Positions 28,525 to 38,070 are shown, counted from the stretch's first letter. The stretch is DNA of 64,000 nucleotides from Oscillospiraceae bacterium (GCA_020025295.1 JAHHSJ010000005.1:5538-69537), one strand, 5' to 3'. Program-made: numbers and translations. Notes: generated from the letters alone by a model not told the origin.

Positions 28525-30627
28525 TTACAGTTCGTTCTCACTGGGAAGTTCGTGGCTTGGCAGAGCTGTCATGCTGTGCAGGCTGATGCCCAGCGTGGAC
28601 AGATTATGCAGCGTTGCCGAGGTGGCAGGCATAAGCACACCGGTAGCACCCAGCAGGATGAGCATGCTGTTGAAGCCCAGAATGAACCGATAGTTGGCAT
28701 GGATGCGCTTCATCAGTTCCGTGGAAATCTGACGCAGACGAACCAGCTCCCAGAGGTTTTCACCGGCAATGGTGATGTCCGCAATTTCCTGAGCGATGGC
28801 GGCACCGTCGCTGATTGCGATGCCCACATCGGACTCAGACAGGGCGGGGGAGTCGTTGATGCCGTCGCCCACCATGATGACGGTGTGACCGGCATTGCGG
28901 AGAGATGCCACATAGTTGGCCTTGTCCTCCGGCAGCACTTCAGCGTCAAACGCATCCACACCGACCTGAGCGGCAATGGCCTCGGCGGTGCGCTGGCTGT
29001 CGCCGGTCAGCATGACAGTTTTCTCAATGCCCAGCTTCCGCAGGGTGTGCAGCACAGCGGCAGCCTCTGCCCGGAGGGGATCCACGATGCAGATGACTGC
29101 GGCCAGCTTGCGGTCGATGGCCAGATACAGGTGGGAGTACTCAGCCGGAAGCGCATCGAACTTGTCCTGTTCGTCCTCAGGAATCACGCACTGCTCGTCC
29201 TCAAAGACAAAGTGTGCGCTGCCGATGAGCACCTTCAAATCGCCCACCTTGCTTGCAATGCCGTGCGCTACGATATACTCCACCTTGGAGTGGTACTCCT
29301 CGTGCTTCAGATCCCGCTGCTTGGCTTCCTCCACTACGGCGTTGGCCATGGAGTGGGGGAAGTGCTCCTCCAGACAGGCGGCCAGCCGCAGCATTTCAGC
29401 TTCCTCGTATCCGCAGAAGGGGATCACGGCAGCCACCTTGGGGCAGGCATGCGTCAGGGTGCCGGTCTTATCAAAGACAATGGTGTCCGCCTTAGCGATG
29501 GTTTCCAGGAACTTGCCGCCCTTGACGGTGATGTGCTCCTTACCGGCTTCCCGCATGGCAGAGAGCACCGCCAGAGGCATCGCCAGTTTCAGCGCACAGG
29601 AGAAGTCCACCATCAGCACCGACAGGGCACGGGTGACATTTCGGGTGAGCAGGAAGCTGAGCAGGCTGCCGGCAAATGTGTAGGGCACCAGCTTGTCCGC
29701 CAGATTGGATGCTTTGTTCTCGGAGGCAGACTTCATCTGCTCCGACTGCTCAATCATGGTGATGATCTGGTCGTAGCGGCTCTGGCCGGAGGCCTGATTC
29801 ACGGCAATGACACATTCACCTTCCTCGACGATGGTACCGGCATACACCGGGCTGTCCAGCCGCTTCTCGATGGGGACAGATTCGCCGGTGAGGGAAGCCT
29901 GATTCACCATGGCCTCGCCTTCGATGACTACGCCGTCCACAGGGATGATACCACCCACACGGAGCACCACCTGATCGCCGGGCTGCACCTGAGAAATGGG
30001 CACCAAAGCCTCACCCTCCGGAGTGCGGAGCCAGACCCGGTCCACATTCAGGGACATACACTGAGCCAAATCCTGAATGGACTTCTTCCGGGTCCACTCC
30101 TCCAGCAGCTCGCCCAGCTCCAGCAGGAACATCACCGACCCTGCGGTGGCAAAGTCTCGGCGCACGATGGAAATGCCGATAGAGATAGCGTCCAGCAGTT
30201 CTACCTTCATCTTGCGTTTTCGCAGACAACGCAGTCCATGGCGCAGGAAGGGAACTGCGTGCCAAAGTACACGGGCAATGCGCAGGGGAGCGGGGAAGAA
30301 CAGGGTGCTGGTGGCTTTGAGCGCCACCTTGGCAATCAGCTTTTCCTGAAACTCACGATTGAGCTTCCGGCTGCTGTGGGTCGGAGGCGTGACCGTTTTT
30401 TCAGCCAGCTCCCAAGAGAAGGTGCGCACGGCGTTCAGAATCTGTTCCCGATCGCCCTGATACTGCACTACAACGCAGCGGGTGCGCTCATGCACCGTGA
30501 CCCGAAGCACGCCGGCGGTTTTCTGAAACCAGGTTTCCAGCAGATCCGCCTGCTTCAGGCTCATTTGCGCTTGAACAAAGCGAAAGCGGATGCGTCCCCG
30601 GCTTTCATGTTCAATGATTGCATTCAT
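28525..30627 (-). CDS. P1B-type (heavy-metal) P-type ATPase with a non-canonical FSC(A) membrane motif in place of CPC
   Basis: I trimmed the start to MNAIIEHESRG, which has GGAGG upstream. TGES, DKTGTLT and GDGINDSPAL are present. At the position of CPC in CopA-type pumps the sequence reads VDFSCALKLAMP. The N-terminal ferredoxin-like domain has no CxxC. Confidence 0.85.
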   Translation of the reverse strand: MNAIIEHESRGRIRFRFVQAQMSLKQADLLETWFQKTAGVLRVTVHERTRCVVVQYQGDREQILNAVRTFSWELAEKTVTPPTHSSRKLNREFQEKLIAKVALKATSTLFFPAPLRIARVLWHAVPFLRHGLRCLRKRKMKVELLDAISIGISIVRRDFATAGSVMFLLELGELLEEWTRKKSIQDLAQCMSLNVDRVWLRTPEGEALVPISQVQPGDQVVLRVGGIIPVDGVVIEGEAMVNQASLTGESVPIEKRLDSPVYAGTIVEEGECVIAVNQASGQSRYDQIITMIEQSEQMKSASENKASNLADKLVPYTFAGSLLSFLLTRNVTRALSVLMVDFSCALKLAMPLAVLSAMREAGKEHITVKGGKFLETIAKADTIVFDKTGTLTHACPKVAAVIPFCGYEEAEMLRLAACLEEHFPHSMANAVVEEAKQRDLKHEEYHSKVEYIVAHGIASKVGDLKVLIGSAHFVFEDEQCVIPEDEQDKFDALPAEYSHLYLAIDRKLAAVICIVDPLRAEAAAVLHTLRKLGIEKTVMLTGDSQRTAEAIAAQVGVDAFDAEVLPEDKANYVASLRNAGHTVIMVGDGINDSPALSESDVGIAISDGAAIAQEIADITIAGENLWELVRLRQISTELMKRIHANYRFILGFNSMLILLGATGVLMPATSATLHNLSTLGISLHSMTALPSHELPSENEL

Positions 30628-30641
30628 ATAGAACCTCCATA

Positions 30642-30668
30642 GAAAAAGGAGTCGCAAAAGCGACTCCT
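30642..30668 (-). terminator. Intra-operon stem-loop with a U-tract between the small ORFs and the ATPase gene (attenuator-like)
   Basis: The minus strand reads GGAGTCGC-tttt-GCGACTCC followed by TTTTT, 15 nt before the ATPase RBS. Confidence 0.5.
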
Positions 30669-30683
30669 TTTACTGCCAGTTAT

Positions 30684-30965
30684 TTATGCTTCCTCACAGT
30701 TGCAGTCGCAAACCTGAGCAGCCTCTTTCTCAGCTGCTTCCTTAGCTGTGCGCTCTTCGTTCAGGTCCTTTGCAGCAGCGAGGATATCGCCGGCGTTCTC
30801 CTGAACGGTGGTCACGGTCTCCATCACAGAATCCTTCATCCGCAGGCCGGCGGCAGTGACATGGGTGTAAAGCTTCTTGGCATCCTTGCTGGTGAGCAGC
30901 TTAATACCGGCAGAACCAAACAAAGTACCGCCCACAAAGCAGGCCAATTTCATGTATTTACTCAT
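30684..30965 (-). CDS. Small hypothetical protein (about 93 aa) with an N-terminal hydrophobic helix and the C-terminal Cys cluster CDCNCEEA
   Basis: This ORF is in the track as 30684..30974. The ATG at 30965 has better spacing to AAAGGA. The sequence is MSKYMKLACFVGGTLFGSAGIKLL...EKEAAQVCDCNCEEA. Confidence 0.6.
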   Translation of the reverse strand: MSKYMKLACFVGGTLFGSAGIKLLTSKDAKKLYTHVTAAGLRMKDSVMETVTTVQENAGDILAAAKDLNEERTAKEAAEKEAAQVCDCNCEEA

Positions 30966-31004
30966 AACAAACATTCCTTTCTTCAGATGATAGTTTCGAT
31001 GATG

Positions 31005-31085
31005 TTATTTATGCTTGTATCCAGTGATCATTACCATAATCATACAAATTACGGCGCCCCACGCCCAAAAACGATGCTGCTTCAT
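31005..31085 (-). CDS. Possible 26-aa single-TM micro-protein (MKQHRFWAWGAVICMIMVMITGYKHK)
   Basis: GGAGGA lies 7 nt upstream of the ATG, and the ORF is the first in the transcription unit, downstream of an extended -10 promoter. It is below the ORF-track cut-off. Confidence 0.4.
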   Translation of the reverse strand: MKQHRFWAWGAVICMIMVMITGYKHK

Positions 31086-31134
31086 GGCAATTCCTCCTTT
31101 TGGATTCAATCATTCAATCTTTTTCGACTTTTTT

Positions 31135-31164
31135 ATTATAGCACAATGCTTTCCGGTTAGACAA
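31135..31164 (-). promoter_or_regulatory. Extended -10 promoter for the micro-ORF/ATPase unit (TTGTCT-18-TGcTATAAT on the minus strand)
   Basis: Read from the sequence: ...ttgtctaaccggaaagcattgtgctataat... Confidence 0.5.
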
Positions 31165-31741
31165 TCATAATAAAGAGTGATTTTCCCAAAATTCACAGAA
31201 GATTAAAAATCTTAATCATCAAAGGCCCAATGAGCCACAGCGCTTGTTTCTGCGCCGGAACAGGGTAGCAGGCTGCACGGAGAAAATGAGAGAGATTTAT
31301 ATAATTAAATGTATCGGAGCAGGCGAAAAATCAAAAAAGATTGGGACAGGGTGAAAAATGTCAGTATTTTGGACAAAAATGCAGTTTGAGGGCGGAAAAA
31401 CGGAAATTTGCCCGGGTTGAAGCAGAACCGAGCCGGGGAGAGTGTTTTATCCTTCGAATCCGTTCTAATTTGCAAAACAAAAAATTTCCAATTTTCTGAG
31501 AAAAAATCTAAGAGGAACCTGCAAAAAAGATCAGAATTGAACCTTTTGTATAGAAAATGCACTTTGAAATCAGAACCGTTTGATGGAGAAAAATCGAAAA
31601 AACGGGGCCCAAAAACGGGATGGCCCAAAAGCACGGGTGCCAAAAAAGTCAAGCTTTCAATTGTAAATTTTTTTAGACGCATACCGTTATATTCATGAAA
31701 AATAGAGTTGATTCGCAAATCTTTGTTGAAAATTGACGGTG

Positions 31742-31769
31742 TTGACAAAGGGGGCGAAGGGAGTATAAT
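31742..31769 (+). promoter_or_regulatory. Near-consensus sigma-70 promoter of the atp operon (TTGACA-16-TATAAT)
   Basis: The hexamers lie at 31742-31747 and 31764-31769. AAGGAGGG and the atpB ATG follow about 30 nt downstream. Confidence 0.7.
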
Positions 31770-31802
31770 ATTTTCGTTTTAAATATGTAAGGAGGGTTAT
31801 AA

Positions 31803-32609
31803 ATGGGGAAACGAAGCCTCAAGATTTTTATCAGTGTCATGTCCATTATCATGGTACTGCTGCTGATCGGAATCTTTCTGATCGGTGGAAGCCCCGCAGG
31901 TGAGTCTGTCAGTGGAGTGATGCGCGACTGCGTGCTTCATGAGCATGACAGGATCAACCTCTTCGGGGGGATGCAGGTGAATCCGGGTGCGATTTCGGCG
32001 TTTACCGTCACCGGAATGGTGCTGATTTTTGCGCTGATCGTACGAATTTTTGTAATTCCCAAATTCAAACTTGTACCTGGAAAGTTCCAGATGGTGCTGG
32101 AGCAGGCCGTCGGATTCTTTGATAATCTGGCAAAGACCAACAGCCCGGGGAGAAATTCGTTCCTGGGCGCCTATGTGTTTGCGGCCGGTGTGTACATCTT
32201 CCTCAGCACGCTGTTTGAGCTGCTGGGCCTTCAGGCGGTGACTGCACAGGGACATCCCGTCACCTTGCCTGCACCGCTTTCGGACATCAACGCCGCAATT
32301 GCTATGGGCTGCCTGTCCTATCTGGTGATTCTGTCCGGCGGTATCCTGTCCAACGGCATCAAGGGTGTGGGAAAGACGCTGAAGGAGTTCTCTCTGCCCA
32401 TCTCCATGAGCTTCCGTCTGTTCGGCGGTCTGCTGAGCGGCGCTCTGGTGAGTGAGCTGGTCTACTACTATGTCCAGCTGAGTTTTGTGCTGCCGGTCCT
32501 TGTGGGCGTCATGTTCACGCTGCTGCATGCATTGATTCAGACCTATGTTCTTACCCTGCTGACCTCTCTGTTCTACGGAGAAGTGTCGGAAAAGAAAAAG
32601 GCAGAGTAA
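31803..32609 (+). CDS. atpB: F0F1 ATP synthase subunit a
   Basis: This polytopic 268-aa protein carries the conserved Arg helix (ISMSFRLFGGLLSG). It is the first gene of the atp cluster. Confidence 0.85.
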   Translation: MGKRSLKIFISVMSIIMVLLLIGIFLIGGSPAGESVSGVMRDCVLHEHDRINLFGGMQVNPGAISAFTVTGMVLIFALIVRIFVIPKFKLVPGKFQMVLEQAVGFFDNLAKTNSPGRNSFLGAYVFAAGVYIFLSTLFELLGLQAVTAQGHPVTLPAPLSDINAAIAMGCLSYLVILSGGILSNGIKGVGKTLKEFSLPISMSFRLFGGLLSGALVSELVYYYVQLSFVLPVLVGVMFTLLHALIQTYVLTLLTSLFYGEVSEKKKAE

Positions 32610-32641
32610 GAATACACTAAAATAATAAGGAGAAATTTGCT

Positions 32642-33031
32642 ATGAATAAGATGCTGAAAAGAATTATGGTTAGCCTTTTGGTTGTAATTTTGGTTTGTGC
32701 AACTGCAATCCCCGTGTTCGCAGTGGGCGGCGCTGATGATGCCAAGAAGGATCAGGCTGTCACCACCGCAGCGGAGACCGAGACGGAAGAGACTGCTGAG
32801 GACAACAGCATTGGCGCCAAGGCCATCGGTGCCGCTATTGCTGTGGGTCTGGCCGCTGCTGCCGGTGCAATCGGCATGGGCATGGCAGTCGGTAAGGCTA
32901 CGGAAGGTATTTCCCGTCAGCCTGAGGCAGAAGGCAAGATCAGAACCACCCTTATGCTGGGTCTGGTGTTTATCGAAACGGCAATCATCTATGCCCTGAT
33001 CATTGCTATCCTGGTCATCTTTGTGTTGTAA
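32642..33031 (+). CDS. atpE: F0F1 ATP synthase subunit c with a ~55-aa N-terminal extension (signal-peptide-like helix + acidic linker)
   Basis: The C-terminal 75 aa form a canonical c hairpin (GAIGMGMAVGKATEGISRQPEAEG...GLVFIETAIIYALI). The N-terminus is MNKMLKRIMVSLLVVILVCATAIPVFAVGGADDAKKDQAVTTAAETETEETAEDNS. Confidence 0.85.
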   Translation: MNKMLKRIMVSLLVVILVCATAIPVFAVGGADDAKKDQAVTTAAETETEETAEDNSIGAKAIGAAIAVGLAAAAGAIGMGMAVGKATEGISRQPEAEGKIRTTLMLGLVFIETAIIYALIIAILVIFVL

Positions 33032-33048
33032 GACGGAGTGAATGAGTT

Positions 33049-33537
33049 ATGCCATTAAATATTGATTGGCAGCAGATTTTGCTGCATTTGTTTAACTTTG
33101 CTCTTCTGTTTACCATCCTGTATGTGCTGCTCTATAAGCCGGTGAAGAAGTTCATGGACCAGAGAAGCAATTACTATAAGGAACTGGACGAGAAGGCGAA
33201 GAAGAGCGTGGAAGACGGCGCTGCCGCTCAGGCACAGTATCAGCAGCAGCTGGATACGGCCAAGGATGAGATCGACGCCATGCGTGCCAAGGCCAGCAAG
33301 GAAGCCAGCCAGCTGAGCGAGACCATCATTGCTGAGGCAAAGGAAGAGGCCTCTCATATCATCGCAGACGCAAAGACCGAGGCCAACCGTGAGCGTAAGC
33401 GCATTTTGGCCGGTGCCGGGGAAGAGATTTCTCAGATCGTGACCGACGCCGCTGCAAAGCTGGTGTTCCCGGATGCGGACAGCGCCTATGAGGACTTCTT
33501 GACCGCAGTTGAAGGAAGTGAGCAGGATGAGCGATAA
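33049..33537 (+). CDS. atpF: F0F1 ATP synthase subunit b
   Basis: The 162-aa ORF has one N-terminal TM helix followed by a long charged helix (KELDEKAKKSVEDGAAAQAQYQQQLDTAKDEIDAMRAKA). Confidence 0.85.
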   Translation: MPLNIDWQQILLHLFNFALLFTILYVLLYKPVKKFMDQRSNYYKELDEKAKKSVEDGAAAQAQYQQQLDTAKDEIDAMRAKASKEASQLSETIIAEAKEEASHIIADAKTEANRERKRILAGAGEEISQIVTDAAAKLVFPDADSAYEDFLTAVEGSEQDER

Positions 33538-35263
33538 AAGACCGATGCAGGCCTTTCTGGTTTCGGCTAAGGCTCCTTCTGCCGAGCATGAAGCTCGGTT
33601 CCTGACCTTCCTGACTAAGAAGTACGGAGAGGGCATTGAGCTGGTCTGGAAGAAGGACGAAACCGTGAAGAACGGCTTCCGTCTGGAAGTCGGAAGCGAG
33701 ATTTACGACTGGAGTGCTCAGGGCCGCTTTGCTCAGTTCAAGAATGCACTGGGCAGCATCAAGGCCGAGAACGATGTGATTCCCCTGCTGAAGGAGAAGG
33801 TCGGCAATTGGGTGCCGGAGGCATACGCCGAAGAGCGAGGCATCGTGCAGTCCGTCGGTGACGGTATTGCCACGGTGTCCGGTCTGGAGCACGCCACCTA
33901 CGGCGAAGTGCTGCTGTTTTCCGGCGGAATTCGCGGCATGGTGCAGGAACTGGACGAGAACGGCGTGGGCTGCATCCTGTTCGGTGATGACGAGCAGATC
34001 AGCGCCGGCAGCATTGTCTGCAGAAGCGGAAAGCCGGCCGGTATTCCGGTGGGCCATGGTATGCTGGGCCGTATTGTCAACGCACTGGGCGCACCTATTG
34101 ACGGCAAGGGTGACATCGAGGAAGAGGCCTTCTACCCGGTGGAAAAGCCCGCTCCGGGCATCATTGACCGCCAGCCGGTCAATGCTCCTCTGGAGACCGG
34201 CATTCTGGCCATTGACTCCATGTTCCCGATTGGCCGGGGCCAGCGTGAGCTGATTATCGGCGACCGCCAGACCGGCAAGACCGCCATTGCCATTGATACC
34301 ATCATCAACCAGAAGGGCAAGGATGTCATCTGCATCTATGTGGCCATCGGCCAGAAGGCCAGCAGCATTGCCCAGCTGGCGCAGAACCTGAAAAAGCACG
34401 GCGCTATGGATTACACCATCATCGTGAATGCCAGCGCCAGTGAGCCGGCCCCCTATTTGTATGTGGCGCCTTACGCCGGCTGTGCCATCGGTGAGTACTT
34501 CATGGAGCAGGGCAAGGATGTGCTGATCGTCTACGACGACCTTTCCAAGCACGCCGTGGCCTATCGTACCCTGAGCCTGCTGCTGGAGCGTTCTCCCGGT
34601 CGTGAAGCCTATCCCGGCGATGTGTTCTATCTGCATTCCCGTCTGCTGGAGCGTTCTGCTCACCTGAGCGACGCCAAGGGCGGCGGCAGCATGACCGCTC
34701 TGCCGATTGCAGAGACCCAGTCCGGCGATGTGTCCGCTTATATTCCCACCAATATCATCTCCATTACCGACGGCCAGATTTTCCTGGAAAGCGACCTGTT
34801 CTATTCCGGTCAGCGTCCCGCCGTGAATGTGGGCCTGTCCGTGTCCCGTGTGGGCTCTGCGGCACAGTACCCGGCCGTGAAGAAGGCCTCCGGCGCACTC
34901 CGTCTGAGTCTGGCCCAGTACCGTGAGATGGAAGTCTTTACCCAGTTTGCCAGCGATCTGGACGCCGCTACCAAGCGGCAGCTGAAGTTCGGCACCGAGC
35001 TGATGACCATTCTGCGTCAGAAGCAGTTCAGCCCCTTCAAGATGCACGAGCAGGTGATTTTGCTGGTGGCTGCGCTGAACAATGCATTCCAGAATGTGGA
35101 GCTGGACTCCGTCCTGTCCACATCCAAGGATATGCTGGCGTATTTCAATACCAACTACGCTTCTCTTTGCAAGGATCTGGAAACCAGTGGTGACCTGACC
35201 GACGAGAACAAAGAGAAGATCATTGAAATTGCACGGGAATTCACGCAAAAAGCCGGGTGGTGA
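33527..35263 (+). CDS. atpA: F0F1 ATP synthase subunit alpha carrying an in-frame N-terminal delta (OSCP) C-terminal-domain-like segment
   Basis: Residues of about 1-75 (AFLVSAKAPSAEHEARFLTFLTKKYGEGIELVWKKDETVKNGFRLEVGSEIYDWSAQGRFAQFKNAL) fit the delta C-terminal pattern. The rest is a normal alpha subunit (Walker A GDRQTGKT). There is no stop codon between the two parts. The ATG at 33527 has GAAGGAAG upstream. Confidence 0.85.
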   Translation: MSDKRPMQAFLVSAKAPSAEHEARFLTFLTKKYGEGIELVWKKDETVKNGFRLEVGSEIYDWSAQGRFAQFKNALGSIKAENDVIPLLKEKVGNWVPEAYAEERGIVQSVGDGIATVSGLEHATYGEVLLFSGGIRGMVQELDENGVGCILFGDDEQISAGSIVCRSGKPAGIPVGHGMLGRIVNALGAPIDGKGDIEEEAFYPVEKPAPGIIDRQPVNAPLETGILAIDSMFPIGRGQRELIIGDRQTGKTAIAIDTIINQKGKDVICIYVAIGQKASSIAQLAQNLKKHGAMDYTIIVNASASEPAPYLYVAPYAGCAIGEYFMEQGKDVLIVYDDLSKHAVAYRTLSLLLERSPGREAYPGDVFYLHSRLLERSAHLSDAKGGGSMTALPIAETQSGDVSAYIPTNIISITDGQIFLESDLFYSGQRPAVNVGLSVSRVGSAAQYPAVKKASGALRLSLAQYREMEVFTQFASDLDAATKRQLKFGTELMTILRQKQFSPFKMHEQVILLVAALNNAFQNVELDSVLSTSKDMLAYFNTNYASLCKDLETSGDLTDENKEKIIEIAREFTQKAGW

Positions 35264-35268
35264 TTTGT

Positions 35269-36174
35269 ATGCCCAGTACAAAAGAAATCAAAAACCGTAT
35301 CAAAAGCGTTCAGGATACCCAGAAGATCACCGGCGCCATGCACCTGATTGCAGCCACCAAGCTGCAGCGAGCCAAGGCGGAGTTTGATAAGACCAGACCG
35401 TATTTTGATGCGGTCAAGGGTGAGATCAAGCGTATTTTCCGTACGGATGAGGACATTGACAGCCGTTACTTCTATCCTGTGACCGGCGAGCATGACTTTG
35501 AAGGCGCATACGGCTATCTGGTCATTACCGCAGATAAGGGACTTGCCGGCGCTTATAACTTGAATGTGATTAAGCAGGCTCTTGCCATGATGAGCGCCCA
35601 CGACAATAATAAGCTTTATGTGGTGGGAGAGTATGGCAGACAGTATTTCGCCACCCATAAAATTCCCATCGAGAAGAGCTTTCTCTATACGGCACAGAAT
35701 CCGACGATGCACCGTGCCAGAGAGATGAGCTCCATTCTGGTGGACGCATTCAATAAGGGCGAGCTGAAAAAAATCTTTGTCATTTATACCGATTTCCATT
35801 CCGGACTGAATGACGAAGCCTGTACTACCCGACTGCTGCCCTTTCACCGGGCCAACTTTACCACTCCGGCGCAGGAAAAAAGCATTGATGTTCCCTTTGA
35901 GTTTGAGCCGTCCATGGAGCAGGTGCTGGACAATATTATTCCCAGCTACATCACCGGCTTCATTTACAGCGCCCTTGTGTCCGGCTTCTGCAGCGAGCAG
36001 AGTGCCCGCATGACGGCCATGGACAGCGCAAATACCAATGCGGAAAAGCTGCTGGACGGTCTGGGAAGACAGTACAATCACATCCGACAGAGTGATATTA
36101 CCCGTGAGATTACGGAAATCGCGTCCGGCTCACGGAGCCTGAAACGAAACGCGGAAAAACATAGGAAGGAGTAA
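35269..36174 (+). CDS. atpG: F0F1 ATP synthase subunit gamma
   Basis: The ORF runs from MPSTKEIKNRIKSVQDTQKITGAMHLIAATKLQRA to ...ITREITEI. Confidence 0.9.
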   Translation: MPSTKEIKNRIKSVQDTQKITGAMHLIAATKLQRAKAEFDKTRPYFDAVKGEIKRIFRTDEDIDSRYFYPVTGEHDFEGAYGYLVITADKGLAGAYNLNVIKQALAMMSAHDNNKLYVVGEYGRQYFATHKIPIEKSFLYTAQNPTMHRAREMSSILVDAFNKGELKKIFVIYTDFHSGLNDEACTTRLLPFHRANFTTPAQEKSIDVPFEFEPSMEQVLDNIIPSYITGFIYSALVSGFCSEQSARMTAMDSANTNAEKLLDGLGRQYNHIRQSDITREITEIASGSRSLKRNAEKHRKE

Positions 36175-37580
<1,406 letters not shown>

Positions 37581-37581
<1 letters not shown>

Positions 37582-37991
37582 TGAAAACCTTTGAGCTGTG
37601 TATTCTGGCTGCGGATAAGCCCTTCTTTCAGGGTAAGTGTGAGTCCATCGTTCTGCCTACGACTCAGGGCGAGTATGGAATTCTGGCCTCTCACCGCAAC
37701 ACGGTCGCCGCAGTTGTGCCCGGAATGCTGCGCTATTGCACCGCCGACGGCGAACAGTACATCGCCAGCGTGTCCGAGGGTATTGTGAAGATCGAGAACG
37801 GGGATGTGCTGGTTTTGGTGGATACCATCGAGCGCCCCGAGGAGATCGACGCCAACGCAGAGCGTGAGCAGATCGAGCGGGCGAAAGAGGAGCTGCTGCA
37901 AAAGCAAAGTATTGCAGATTACCACGCTACCTGTGCCCGTATGGCAAGATCCCTTGCCCGACTCAAAACGAAAAGCTATAAGCATTTCTGA
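37581..37991 (+). CDS. atpC: F0F1 ATP synthase subunit epsilon
   Basis: The 136-aa ORF has a beta-sandwich plus helical-hairpin pattern. Its start overlaps the atpD stop by 1 nt. Confidence 0.85.
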
Positions 37992-38006
37992 TCGCATCTT
38001 ATATTT

Positions 38007-38070
38007 TGGGGTGCGGACCGCTTCGGAGCGGCTGAATAAGCTCCGGAGGTGGTCCGTACCCCTTTTTTGT
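38007..38070 (+). terminator. Intrinsic terminator after the atp operon
   Basis: The long hairpin GGGGTGCGGACC...GGTCCGTACCCC is followed by TTTTTT. Confidence 0.75.

Noticed and set aside
31305-31748. ORFs of 147 aa (minus strand) and 96 aa (plus strand, 31408..31698) in the spacer upstream of atpB.
   Set aside because: They are translations of A- and T-runs (Lys- or Phe-rich) with no RBS and no motif. The region is better explained as non-coding A-tract DNA.
32642-33031. Calling the ATP synthase Na+-coupled from the c-subunit ET...Y motif.
   Set aside because: The helix-1 Gln and the second Ser/Thr of the full Na+ signature are missing (Met and Ala here). The ion specificity cannot be decided from the sequence.
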